From contig CAYOCM010000001.1 in assembly GCA_964402515.1 (NCBI GenBank), positions 5,660 to 69,659 on the forward strand: a DNA stretch of 64,000 nucleotides, given 5' to 3'. The stretch comes from an uncultured Ruminococcus sp. GTDB taxonomy: Bacteria > Bacillota > Clostridia > Oscillospirales > CAG-382. The first letter of the stretch is position 1, and every line of letters begins with the position of its first letter. Below are positions 27,225-36,709 of this stretch, one piece after another. The notes below the pieces were generated by a model. It was not told the origin of the DNA. It made no database searches and saw only the letters and a list, made by a program, of their open reading frames with translations. Both the position numbers and the translations under genes were made by a program.

Positions 27225-30085
27225 CCGAAAAGTGACGGCAGAAATCCGCTTTGCTTTAAATGCTCTTTTGTTATCCTGTCAATATCGTGATCGGCAAGGC
27301 GGTATTTTTTTATATCCGACTGACTGACCGATGTCAGTTTTGATACCTCATCGCATATTAATTCGAGAGCGCTTTTTGCTTTGGCGGCAAGATATCGCGC
27401 ATTCGGCGTTGCAACGGTAAATACGCACATATCAAGCATTGCAAGCAAAACATATTCCGCCGCCTTTTGCTTATAATGCAAAAACTGTTTTGAGTCGCAA
27501 ACGGGTTCGGGCACGTTTTGTCTTGCCGGGATCTCAACAGAGTCTGCGGACAAACGGTGCTTTTTTGCATAAGCGGCACGTTTTTTTAATTCTTTTTGAT
27601 AAGCGGCATCTATAAGCATATTTTGTTCAAAATAATATTCGGAAACCGAAACGCTGTAAAATGCTTTATCGCTGATGTCAAAAAAGTCGGGTTCGTTTTT
27701 GCCGTCAAGCGCCGTAAGCGTATAATAATATACCGCGTATAACGCGCCCTCTCTGCCATGACATACCGTATTGCATTCAAAATCAAAACGGCACTTTATA
27801 AACGGCGCGATATCTCGGCACACATCAAGTTCGAGAGCCTTGGCAAGCGCGCCTTTCGCGTCATGTGCAGACAGCAACCGTGCCGTATCGACCGCCGCGG
27901 AAACGGTAATAAACTGTCGGGATTCGGCCACCGTGTTTATTGCCGCCGATTTTGACAAAACGGTTTCGATCTCGCAAAGGTCATACTCGCCGTTTATCAG
28001 CAACGGTAAGGTATAATTAATAACTTTAAACAGTGCCTTGTCGCAAACGGTGTCGATATTTTCGGCAAATTCGGGATAAGCGGCGATAAAGTCGGAATAT
28101 ATGCGATACGCCTCAATACAGGCGAACGCCGTCTGTTTGCGATAGCATGCATTGATAGATTTAACCGACAGCGAGCCTATCTTTTTCAGCATAGCCTTTG
28201 AGTTATCGCCGACGATAGTCATAAGGCGCGTACCGACGGCGGCAATGTGTGTGACATCTTCGCCGAAAACCGCTGTCAATGTTCCGTCGATATATTGATG
28301 CAATGCTTTATCGTCAAAAAATCGCTTTGCATATATATCAAACAGCCCGGCATTGCCGGATTCAATCGCGGTCATTATGCGATAGACACCTTTTTGCGCA
28401 TCTTTTATATAGATATCAAAAACGGCGGCATCAAACAGCGCGCGGCATTCATCGTCGTATAAAGCGTCATACTTTGCCGCAATTGCCGAAATGTACGCTG
28501 ATGCGGCGGCACTGCGGCCCGAGAGAAACGTCTTAAAAACATCAAGCATCTCGGCAAATCCGTTTTGTTTAAGCGTCGGCAGAATATGAGTCAGCACCTC
28601 GATATTTTTTGCAAGTTTGCGTCCCGAACACGGCACCGCAAGGTCGGCAAACAATTCGGCGTTTATGCTCGAATCGTTATCGGCGATAAACAGCCGTTTA
28701 TATACCTCTGCCGCGGCGGTAGCATATTTGCCTTTTGTTACCGATTTTAACGCATTGCGTATGCGCAACTTATTTACCTCGACCTCGTCGGCGGCGATAC
28801 TGTCAAAAAACGCTATTATCTGTTTGCCGGCCACGCCCGCCTCAAGCATTGCGTCAAGTGCCCTTATAATAAGCGCACGGCAGGGCAAAGTCTCGTCTTT
28901 ATATGCTCCGAACAACTTCGGCAGTATATCGGACGGCGGCTCGGCTTTAAGCTCTGCATATTGCATAAGCAATGCGAGCATGGTAAGTTTTTCGTGCTCG
29001 GTCAAAACACTTTTTACGGTTAAAAAAGTGCGTAACACAACACCGACCTGTTTGATATCGCCCATAACATCCGACATGCTTTGTTCGTTATCTATACATC
29101 CGAAACATTTGACAAGGTCAAAAAAGCGTGCGCTGTCAAACTCGGCGTATTCATCAACCGACGATGACACACGGTATGAAAACTCGGCAAAATAATGCCT
29201 TGCACGCTCATTTGAATAAAGCGAACAAAGATAATCCAGCATGTGCTCTACGGCATAATAAGCGTCTATGTCGTTGACATAGTTTGCGTCTTTTGTCAAA
29301 AGGACAGCATTGCACACTCCCTCGGGCATAGTAAATCCCTCAAGAGCGCGCATCTTAAGCATGCAACCTTTAAACGTGTCGCCGGGCATATATCCGACGG
29401 CAAATGTTATGCGCCGTCTGACATATGCCGGCAAAACAGCGGTGAGCTTGTTAAAATATTCAAGCAACACGGCACCAAACACGCCGTGCGCACGCGACGT
29501 TATATGCGACGCGGGATATACGGCGTATATATCTTCGCCCTTTTTGGATGTAAGCAACATATAGAGCAAGCTTTTTACCGTGCGTGCACCGGCAGACGCA
29601 AACCAATCGCAAAGATTCGAAACCTGCGAAAGTTCATATACGTATTCGCCGCAATCATTCAAAGCGGTCGCATTTGTGTCGGATATCATATTGTCAAGAG
29701 GTGAATGCTCAAAAGCGGACAAAGATACGATTCCGCTGTCGAGCGCCGACATAGCAAAAAGTTCTTCTTCTGCCGAAACAACAAGGCTGTCAATAAGCGT
29801 GTCGGATTTTTCACCCGTATAGTCACGCGTTTTAAACGACATATGTGTCAAAACGGTGCTGCCGTCCGACGCAATGCGTTTAAGATATATGTCGTCTTGC
29901 TTGTCGCTGTCTATCAGGTCAAGCTGCTGTTTTGTATATTTAAGTTTTAATTTGCCTAATATTTCGGCATCTATAAACTGGCGCGAAAGCGCGCCCGACT
30001 TTGCGTATGTGTCGCTGCCGTTGCAACGGTTAAACAACGATAATCTGCCCGGCACAGACGCATAACGATGCAGATACGCCAACAA
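27215..30085 (-). CDS. Large hypothetical cytoplasmic protein (956 aa), no recognisable domain
   Basis: TTG start with a GGGGG RBS 5 nt upstream. No signal peptide or TM segment. No Walker A, HExxH or nuclease-type motif found by eye. It appears to be its own transcription unit, with a terminator at the 3' end and a divergent promoter region at the 5' end. Confidence 0.7.
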   Translation of the reverse strand: MLAYLHRYASVPGRLSLFNRCNGSDTYAKSGALSRQFIDAEILGKLKLKYTKQQLDLIDSDKQDDIYLKRIASDGSTVLTHMSFKTRDYTGEKSDTLIDSLVVSAEEELFAMSALDSGIVSLSAFEHSPLDNMISDTNATALNDCGEYVYELSQVSNLCDWFASAGARTVKSLLYMLLTSKKGEDIYAVYPASHITSRAHGVFGAVLLEYFNKLTAVLPAYVRRRITFAVGYMPGDTFKGCMLKMRALEGFTMPEGVCNAVLLTKDANYVNDIDAYYAVEHMLDYLCSLYSNERARHYFAEFSYRVSSSVDEYAEFDSARFFDLVKCFGCIDNEQSMSDVMGDIKQVGVVLRTFLTVKSVLTEHEKLTMLALLMQYAELKAEPPSDILPKLFGAYKDETLPCRALIIRALDAMLEAGVAGKQIIAFFDSIAADEVEVNKLRIRNALKSVTKGKYATAAAEVYKRLFIADNDSSINAELFADLAVPCSGRKLAKNIEVLTHILPTLKQNGFAEMLDVFKTFLSGRSAAASAYISAIAAKYDALYDDECRALFDAAVFDIYIKDAQKGVYRIMTAIESGNAGLFDIYAKRFFDDKALHQYIDGTLTAVFGEDVTHIAAVGTRLMTIVGDNSKAMLKKIGSLSVKSINACYRKQTAFACIEAYRIYSDFIAAYPEFAENIDTVCDKALFKVINYTLPLLINGEYDLCEIETVLSKSAAINTVAESRQFITVSAAVDTARLLSAHDAKGALAKALELDVCRDIAPFIKCRFDFECNTVCHGREGALYAVYYYTLTALDGKNEPDFFDISDKAFYSVSVSEYYFEQNMLIDAAYQKELKKRAAYAKKHRLSADSVEIPARQNVPEPVCDSKQFLHYKQKAAEYVLLAMLDMCVFTVATPNARYLAAKAKSALELICDEVSKLTSVSQSDIKKYRLADHDIDRITKEHLKQSGFLPSLFGKK

Positions 30086-30194
30086 TATCGCCCCCTTATT
30101 ACATTAAAAATTTAAAAATAATACAATTTATAATATCACACAAAACAAATAAAATCAAGTCACCGAATAAGATGTTAAACGGCAATTAAAATGC

Positions 30195-30223
30195 TTGAAA
30201 TACGGCATACATCGTGATATACT
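30195..30223 (+). promoter_or_regulatory. Sigma-A type promoter of the NUDIX-tldD-pmbA operon
   Basis: TTGAAA, a 17-nt spacer, then TATACT. The TTG used as the ORF-track start (30195) is the -35 hexamer itself. Confidence 0.5.
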
Positions 30224-30242
30224 GTTTTTAAGAGGTGATTGC

Positions 30243-30731
30243 ATGAGCAAGCATACCGTGCTTTGTTATCTTGAACGCGGCGACAGTTATTTGATGCTGC
30301 ACCGTACAAAAAAGCGAAATGACATAAACGGCGGCAAATGGATAGGCATAGGCGGTCATTTTGAAAAAAACGAATCGCCCGAAGACTGTTTAAAACGCGA
30401 AATGTTTGAAGAAACCGGCTTAACCCCGCTTGAGTGGCGTTATCGAGGCATAATTACGTTTGTTAATACCTCGTATGAGTGCGAGTATATGCATTTGTTT
30501 ACATGCACAGGATGGCAAGGCAATATGCATTCTTGCGATGAGGGAGAGCTTGAATGGATAAAAAAGATAGACCTTTTGGCTCTGCCGCTATGGCAAGGCG
30601 ACAGGATATTTTTAAAGCTTTTGGATGACAACATGCCGTTTTTTTCGCTTAAGCTGTGTTATGACGGCGATAAGCTTGTTTCTTATCAGTTAAACGGTAT
30701 AGATCACACAACAAACAAGGAGGCAAAATAA
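30243..30731 (+). CDS. NUDIX hydrolase (MutT/8-oxo-dGTPase-like)
   Basis: Complete Nudix box GGHFEKNESPEDCLKREMFEETGL. ATG 30243 is preceded by AAGAGGTGA. Confidence 0.8.
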   Translation: MSKHTVLCYLERGDSYLMLHRTKKRNDINGGKWIGIGGHFEKNESPEDCLKREMFEETGLTPLEWRYRGIITFVNTSYECEYMHLFTCTGWQGNMHSCDEGELEWIKKIDLLALPLWQGDRIFLKLLDDNMPFFSLKLCYDGDKLVSYQLNGIDHTTNKEAK

Positions 30732-32128
30732 TGACTTTTTCGAGATACTTAGACAGCAAGCGCGCAGAATGCCGCCTGCTGATAAACGAACTCGGCAAAA
30801 AATTTGAGTATGCGAGCATTTTGGGAACAGATGTAAACGAGACGTCGTGTGCTATCGACAGACGTTCTTCGAGCGTACGTGACGGCGAAGGCGAATGCGG
30901 ATTTGTGGTCAGGCTTTATAACGGACAAGCATTTTTTGAATATTCGTTTGACGAACTGTCGGGCGATATAGGTGCGCTTGCAAAAAAAATTGCCGACAGT
31001 GCGGTTTGCGACAGTTCTTTAAAAGACCGCATGATAAATTCAGGCGCAATAGACAGCGAAAGCATAACAAAAGATTTTGTGCGTGAATCGGATTTTGACA
31101 GATACGACGATAAGCAAGTGCTTGATTTCTGTGCGGGACTGCGTGACGAACTGCTGAAAAAAGACGAACGCATAGTCAACGCTGTTATTTCGATAAGAAA
31201 ACGCATAGTTTCAAAACTGTTTATTTCAAAAACAAAAGAGCTTTCGCAGATATACGGTTGGGCAAACGGTCATATCGTTTTGGTTTGCCAAGATGACCGC
31301 ATGGTGCAGACGTATGACAGCATTAATTCAAACATGCTTGCCGATTTGTTTAAAAAAATGCCGATGCAACTTGACAAAAGCGTAGATAAGGCGATACATC
31401 TGCTTAAAGCAACACCCATCGAGCCGGGCGTTTACGACGTTATCACCGACAGTTCGATAACCGGACTTATCGCCCACGAAGCGTTCGGACACGGTGTTGA
31501 GATGGATCAGTTTGTAAAAGACCGTGCGCTCGCCAAAAACTGTATGGGCGAATATGTCGCCTCCCCTATCTCAAACATGCGTGACGGTGCTGCGGCAACA
31601 CTTAGCGCGGCGTCATACTTTTTTGACGACGACGGCGTTATTGCGTGCGACACGCAGATAATAAAAGACGGTATTCTCGTTGAGGGACTTTCCGACATAG
31701 CGTCGGCAACGCAGCTCGGTACCGTACCCACCGGCAACGGCAGGCGTGAATCGTATAAGCGCAAGGCTTATTCACGTATGACAAACACGTTTTTTGAAAA
31801 AGGAAACAGCACACTTGAAGAAATGATTTCATCTATCAAACACGGATATATGCTGTTTCAGACAAACAACGGCATGGAAGACCCCAAAAACTGGCAGATT
31901 CAATGTACGGCCGAATACGGCATTGAGATAGTCGACGGCAAACTGACAGATCACTATGTTTCGCCCGTGGTCATGAGCGGATTTGTTCCGGACCTTTTAA
32001 AATCGATATCTATGGTGTCCGACGGATTTGAGGTCATCGGTTCGGGCTATTGCGGCAAAGGATACAAAGAATGGGTTCCCGTTTCGGATGGCGGCCCCAA
32101 CCTGAAAGTGAGGGTTAAACTGGGATGA
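30731..32128 (+). CDS. tldD: TldD-family metallopeptidase
   Basis: 465 aa with the HEAFGHGVEMD (HExxxH) motif. TAATG overlap with the NUDIX gene. AAGGAGG RBS. Confidence 0.85.
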   Translation: MTFSRYLDSKRAECRLLINELGKKFEYASILGTDVNETSCAIDRRSSSVRDGEGECGFVVRLYNGQAFFEYSFDELSGDIGALAKKIADSAVCDSSLKDRMINSGAIDSESITKDFVRESDFDRYDDKQVLDFCAGLRDELLKKDERIVNAVISIRKRIVSKLFISKTKELSQIYGWANGHIVLVCQDDRMVQTYDSINSNMLADLFKKMPMQLDKSVDKAIHLLKATPIEPGVYDVITDSSITGLIAHEAFGHGVEMDQFVKDRALAKNCMGEYVASPISNMRDGAAATLSAASYFFDDDGVIACDTQIIKDGILVEGLSDIASATQLGTVPTGNGRRESYKRKAYSRMTNTFFEKGNSTLEEMISSIKHGYMLFQTNNGMEDPKNWQIQCTAEYGIEIVDGKLTDHYVSPVVMSGFVPDLLKSISMVSDGFEVIGSGYCGKGYKEWVPVSDGGPNLKVRVKLG

Positions 32129-33396
32129 ATAATATAAAGTCACTTTTAAACGCAAACAAAGATATCGGCGGATATCGCGTTATACAGACCAAAACGGAAT
32201 CATACGAACTGTTTTTTGTGCATCGACAATTAGAAACAGTAAGAACGACCGACACCTGTGACACACGTGTTACCGTATATGTAGACCATGACGGCAAAAC
32301 CGGAGATTCGTCGTTTGCAATATATCGCTCAATGTCTGACAGTGAGATCGCCGAGCACATCTCGGTTGCGGCAGAACGCGCAAAACTTGTTTTTAACGAA
32401 CCGTATCCACTGCCCGACGGTGACTGTTCAAATAATGAATTGCAATCCAACCTTGCAGACATGCCTATGCAACAGATAGCCGCAAAAGTCGCCGATGCCG
32501 TATTTAACGCCAAGGGAGCCGACGGCTGCTCGATAAATGCTACTGAGATATTTGTATACCGCGTCGAGGCACATGTTATAAACAGTCGCGGCATTGACAA
32601 AACCGAAATCAAACATCACGCGATGATAGAGGCGATACCCACGTTTACCGACGCAAATCAGTCTGTGGAACTTTATGAAGCTTACAGATTTACCGAATTT
32701 GATATCGATGATATTTCAAAAGAAATATCCGAAAAACTGCAAGAGGTCGATATGCGTTGCAAGGCGATAAAACCTCAAACTCCTATCAAGATCAATGTGG
32801 TATTAAGGCCGCAGGAGATATCGCAATTGATGGGTGAACTGTCGTATGATCTTGAATACGGCGGAGTATACACACATTCTAATCTGCACAAAAAAGGTGA
32901 TATTTTGCAAACAGGCGACTGTGACAAAATAACACTGACAAAATGCGGCAGCATCAAAGGCAGTGCGGCATCAAGGTCGTTTGACGATGACGGCATTCCG
33001 CTGGGTGAACAGATGTTGATAAAAAACGGCGAGGTCGTGGGATATTGCGGTTCGCATAGGTTTGCGTATTATCTCGGCGAGCCCGAAACCGGCGTGCTTG
33101 GCTGCACAAAACTTGAGGCGGGAACGCTTGACGATGCCGAACTTGCAAACGAGCCGTATATCGAATGCGTTTCTATGTCGGGATTGCAGGTGGACCTTTA
33201 TAACGATTATATCGGCGGCGAGATAAGGCTGGCTTATCTGCACGACGGCGAGACTGTCACACCCGTTACGGCGATAACTATGAGCGGCAAACTGTCGGAT
33301 GTTTTGTCAGGCATGAGACTTTCGACAAATACGACGGTATCGGGCAGATACAGCGGCCCTCAAAAAATGCTGATGAAAAATATCACGGTAATGTAA
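32125..33396 (+). CDS. pmbA: PmbA/TldE-family partner protein
   Basis: 423 aa with the TldD/PmbA-like C-terminal Gly-rich pattern and no HExxxH. ATGA overlap with tldD. Confidence 0.75.
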   Translation: MNNIKSLLNANKDIGGYRVIQTKTESYELFFVHRQLETVRTTDTCDTRVTVYVDHDGKTGDSSFAIYRSMSDSEIAEHISVAAERAKLVFNEPYPLPDGDCSNNELQSNLADMPMQQIAAKVADAVFNAKGADGCSINATEIFVYRVEAHVINSRGIDKTEIKHHAMIEAIPTFTDANQSVELYEAYRFTEFDIDDISKEISEKLQEVDMRCKAIKPQTPIKINVVLRPQEISQLMGELSYDLEYGGVYTHSNLHKKGDILQTGDCDKITLTKCGSIKGSAASRSFDDDGIPLGEQMLIKNGEVVGYCGSHRFAYYLGEPETGVLGCTKLEAGTLDDAELANEPYIECVSMSGLQVDLYNDYIGGEIRLAYLHDGETVTPVTAITMSGKLSDVLSGMRLSTNTTVSGRYSGPQKMLMKNITVM

Positions 33397-33433
33397 AATA
33401 AAACAATAACGCTTGCAAAAACAAAAAAGCAAT

Positions 33434-33471
33434 GGCCGTTTAACCGAAATTGAGGTTAAGCGGCCGTTTTT
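33434..33471 (+). terminator. Rho-independent terminator after pmbA
   Basis: GGCCGTTTAACC-gaaattga-GGTTAAGCGGCC (12-bp stem with one G-U pair) followed by GTTTTT. Confidence 0.75.
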
Positions 33472-33516
33472 GCCTTTGTCCGCGTATCGGTCAATTCTGC
33501 CGCATCATATTTACGC

Positions 33517-33544
33517 TTGCAAAATGCGCGCGTTTATGTATAAT
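33517..33544 (+). promoter_or_regulatory. Sigma-A type promoter of the deo/cdd operon
   Basis: TTGCAA, a 16-nt spacer, then TATAAT. Confidence 0.5.
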
Positions 33545-33565
33545 AAACATATAAGGGGTGATTGT

Positions 33566-33967
33566 ATGCAAAATATCGTATATACCGTTGTATTTGACAG
33601 CAATGCAAAACATATATTGGTTTGCAAAAACGCCGTTTCCGGCATGCTGTCGTTTGTGTGCGGCATCTGCCGAAACGACGAAATCGCATATGACGCCGCA
33701 TACAGATCTCTTTATGAAATCGGCGGCATTGTGGGAGACGATATTATATTGAACCCGCTGTTTTCGATTACAGACGGTCAGAGAAACGACTGCATCGACA
33801 TTTGGTTCGGCAAGCTGCAAGACGATATAGGCATTGTTTGCGCTGATGTGCAACTTGTTTGGTATTCGTTAAACGCCGATTTAAGTGCCGAAACATTTGA
33901 CGGCGACGGTCTTGCCGAATATATAATAAACCGCGCGAGAAAGGCATTTAACGATGGAACATGCTGA
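33566..33967 (+). CDS. Small NUDIX-fold-like protein with a degenerate Nudix box
   Basis: 133 aa from ATG 33566 (RBS AAGGGGTGA). The segment GICRNDEIAYDAAYRSLYEIGG aligns to Gx5Ex7REUxEExGU but lacks the RE and EE acidic residues. The track ORF start at 33413 lies before the terminator and promoter. Confidence 0.4.
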   Translation: MQNIVYTVVFDSNAKHILVCKNAVSGMLSFVCGICRNDEIAYDAAYRSLYEIGGIVGDDIILNPLFSITDGQRNDCIDIWFGKLQDDIGIVCADVQLVWYSLNADLSAETFDGDGLAEYIINRARKAFNDGTC

Positions 33968-34421
33968 CATTTTAGTTGTTTCGGATACGCACGGAGCATA
34001 TAAAACATTGCATTCTCTTGTCGGTCGGATAAATTGCGATACCGTCATATTCTGCGGTGACGGCATAAGAGAGGCACGCGCCGTGCAAGCAGCATACGGC
34101 ACAAAACGTTTTTATTGTGTCAAAGGCAACTGTGATCTTGTGTTTAACGAACCTGCCGTAATCACGCCGCAAATATGTCAAAGGCATATCTATATCACGC
34201 ACGGGTGCGAAGTTCCTCGCAGTGATGCGGGCGAAATGTTGATATACAACGCCGTTAAAAACGGTTACGATACCGTATTTTTCGGACACACGCACAAGGC
34301 GGAGTGTATTAAAAAAGGCACGGTCTTTGCATTAAATCCCGGCAGTTTGTGCTATGGCGGAACATATGCCGTAGTAACGATTGACGGCGCGGAAATAGAC
34401 TTTAAAATTTTAAAAATATAA
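33954..34421 (+). CDS. YfcE/MJ0936-type metallophosphoesterase
   Basis: Motifs VSDTHG, CGDG, GNCD, THG and FGHTH. Confidence 0.8.
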   Translation: MEHADILVVSDTHGAYKTLHSLVGRINCDTVIFCGDGIREARAVQAAYGTKRFYCVKGNCDLVFNEPAVITPQICQRHIYITHGCEVPRSDAGEMLIYNAVKNGYDTVFFGHTHKAECIKKGTVFALNPGSLCYGGTYAVVTIDGAEIDFKILKI

Positions 34422-34450
34422 TATATATGCAAAAACGGAGGAATAATATT

Positions 34451-35113
34451 ATGCAGATTACCAACGATGTCAAAAAGATACTTGCCGCTTGCGATCACAC
34501 GCTTTTAAGCCAAACGGCAACGGCAGAACAGATCACCGCACTCATCGATGATGCGATAACATACGGCACGGCCTCGGTATGTATTCCGCCGGCATTTGTT
34601 AAATACGCCGCTCGGTATTCGGCCGGACGCATGTCGATATGCACGGTCATAGGATTTCCCAACGGATACAACACTACCGAAACAAAAGCATTTGAAACCG
34701 AAAACGCAATAAAAAACGGTGCCGACGAGATCGACATGGTCATCAACCTCGGCGATGTTACGGCAGGCAAATACGACGCCGTTTTAAACGAGATAAAGAC
34801 GCTTAAACAAATGTGCGGCGACAAGATTTTAAAGGTTATAATCGAGACATGCCTGCTTACCGACGAGCAAAAAATCAAAATGTGCGAAATCGTCACGCAA
34901 AGCGGTGCCGATTTTATAAAAACCAGTACGGGATTTTCAAAAGCAGGTGCAACGACGCACGACATAGAACTTTTTGCCGCACATGTCGGAAAAGATGTAA
35001 AGATCAAAGCTGCGGGCGGTATATCGTCGCTTGAAGATGCTAAAAGGTTTATCGAGCTCGGTGCCTCGCGCCTGGGCACCAGCCGCATAGTCAAGATAGT
35101 TAAGGAGGAATAA
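34451..35113 (+). CDS. deoC: Deoxyribose-phosphate aldolase
   Basis: [16 protein letters not shown] and the Schiff-base lysine region [13 protein letters not shown] 34451 is preceded by GGAGGA, and the track start at 34427 has no RBS. Confidence 0.9.
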   Translation: MQITNDVKKILAACDHTLLSQTATAEQITALIDDAITYGTASVCIPPAFVKYAARYSAGRMSICTVIGFPNGYNTTETKAFETENAIKNGADEIDMVINLGDVTAGKYDAVLNEIKTLKQMCGDKILKVIIETCLLTDEQKIKMCEIVTQSGADFIKTSTGFSKAGATTHDIELFAAHVGKDVKIKAAGGISSLEDAKRFIELGASRLGTSRIVKIVKEE

Positions 35114-35119
35114 AACACA

Positions 35120-36286
35120 TTGAGATACAAAAGAGCCTTTGTTATAGTACTTGACAGTTTCGGCATAGGCGCGTTGCCGGATGCGGACGAATTCGGAGAT
35201 GTCGGTGCAAACACCCTGCGCAGCATATACAAATCAAAATATTTTAATGCGCACAATCTGATAGAATGCGGATTCGGCAATATCGAGGGCTGTTCTTATA
35301 TAGGCAAAGTCACTCACCCCACCGCCGCATACGGCAGAATGCGCGAACGTTCACGCGGTAAGGATACCATAGTCGGTCATTGGGAGATCGCAGGCGTTGT
35401 CTCGGCAAGGCCTCAGCCTACATATCCAAACGGTTTTCCCGATGATGTTATCAAAAAGTTTCAAGATGCCATAGGCAGAGAAGTGCTGTGCAACAAACCT
35501 TATTCGGGAACCGTGGTGATCTCCGAATTCGGAGACGAGCATGTCAAAACCGGCAAACCGATAGTTTATACATCGGCGGACAGCGTGTTTCAAATAGCGG
35601 CACACGAGGATGTTATTCCGCTTGAAACGCTTTATGAATACTGCCGCATAGCGCGCGAACAATTATGCGGCGAACACGCCGTGGGCAGAGTTATAGCGCG
35701 CCCGTTCACGGGAGAAAGCGGCAATTACACACGCACGGGCAATCGCCGCGATTATGCTCTCGAACCGAGCGGTGTTACGGCACTTGACGAGATATCGGGT
35801 GCGGGACTCGATGTGATATCGGTAGGCAAAATACGCGACATATTTGCGGGCAGAGGCGTTAAAAAACAAGTTAACGCACATAATAACTACGAAAGCATGG
35901 CCGGCGCGCTGCAGTGCCTTGCCGATGATTTTAACGGTTTTTGTTTTATCAACCTTGTTGACTTTGATATGAAATACGGTCACCGCAACGATATTGACGG
36001 TTATGCGTGCGCCGTGGCGGGTTTTGATGCGTTTTTGCCGAGATTCGTCAAAGAAATGCATAGCGACGACCTGCTGATAGTTACCGCCGATCACGGCTGT
36101 GATCCGGGCGACGACAGCACCGACCACACGCGCGAGTATGTTCCGCTTATTATGATAGGCAACGGCATAAAACCCACAGACCTCGGCACTCGCGACGGAT
36201 TTGCCGATATAGCCGTAACCGTTTGCGATGCCTTGGGCGTTAAAACAAAAATAAGCGGCAAAAATATGCTTTCGGAGGCATGCTGA
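35120..36286 (+). CDS. deoB: Phosphopentomutase
   Basis: TTG start. The N-terminus RAFVIVLDSFGIG and the C-terminal TADHGCDP are typical of DeoB. Confidence 0.9.
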   Translation: MRYKRAFVIVLDSFGIGALPDADEFGDVGANTLRSIYKSKYFNAHNLIECGFGNIEGCSYIGKVTHPTAAYGRMRERSRGKDTIVGHWEIAGVVSARPQPTYPNGFPDDVIKKFQDAIGREVLCNKPYSGTVVISEFGDEHVKTGKPIVYTSADSVFQIAAHEDVIPLETLYEYCRIAREQLCGEHAVGRVIARPFTGESGNYTRTGNRRDYALEPSGVTALDEISGAGLDVISVGKIRDIFAGRGVKKQVNAHNNYESMAGALQCLADDFNGFCFINLVDFDMKYGHRNDIDGYACAVAGFDAFLPRFVKEMHSDDLLIVTADHGCDPGDDSTDHTREYVPLIMIGNGIKPTDLGTRDGFADIAVTVCDALGVKTKISGKNMLSEAC

Positions 36287-36287
36287 T

Positions 36288-36695
36288 ATGCACAGTTATG
36301 ACGAACTGATAGAATATGCAAAGCAGGCGATGCAAAATTCATATGCACCATATTCGCATTTTAACGTCGGGGCCGCACTGCTGACGGACGACGGCAAGAT
36401 ATATACAGGCTGCAATATTGAAAACGCGTCTTATACCCCCACCGTATGTGCCGAACGCACTGCATTCTTTAAAGCGATAAGCGAAGGCAAAAGGAATTTT
36501 GCGGCAATCGCCGTAGCGGGCGGCAAAGACGGCAATGTCAATTCGGCAGCGGCACCTTGCGGCGTGTGCAGACAAGTGATGGCTGAATTCTGCGACGAAG
36601 ATTTTGTTGTCTGTATTGCCGATAAAGACGGATATAAAAAATATAAGCTCACCGAACTTTTGCCGATGAGCTTTACCGCAAAAAATATGAAATAA
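36288..36695 (+). CDS. cdd: Cytidine deaminase
   Basis: Zinc motifs CAERTA and PCGVCRQ; 135 aa. Confidence 0.9.
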   Translation: MHSYDELIEYAKQAMQNSYAPYSHFNVGAALLTDDGKIYTGCNIENASYTPTVCAERTAFFKAISEGKRNFAAIAVAGGKDGNVNSAAAPCGVCRQVMAEFCDEDFVVCIADKDGYKKYKLTELLPMSFTAKNMK

Positions 36696-36709
36696 CAACT
36701 GTCGGCAGA

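Noticed and set aside
30195-30242. 5' extensions proposed by the ORF track. The starts are TTG 30195, TTG 52309, TTG 33413, GTG 53604, ATG 52277 and the ATG at 8806.
   Set aside because: TTG 30195 and TTG 52309 are the -35 hexamers of the promoters I predict. TTG 33413 lies upstream of a terminator and promoter. GTG 53604 lies inside a terminator hairpin. The starts at 8806 and 52277 overlap the neighbouring gene or lie upstream of the promoter. Downstream ATGs with good RBSs give N-termini of family-typical length.
34495-35280. 261-aa minus-strand ORF covering deoC and the start of deoB.
   Set aside because: It is antisense to two genes with unmistakable DeoC/DeoB motifs. The translation is Ser/Pro/Ala-rich and low-complexity, so this is a shadow ORF.
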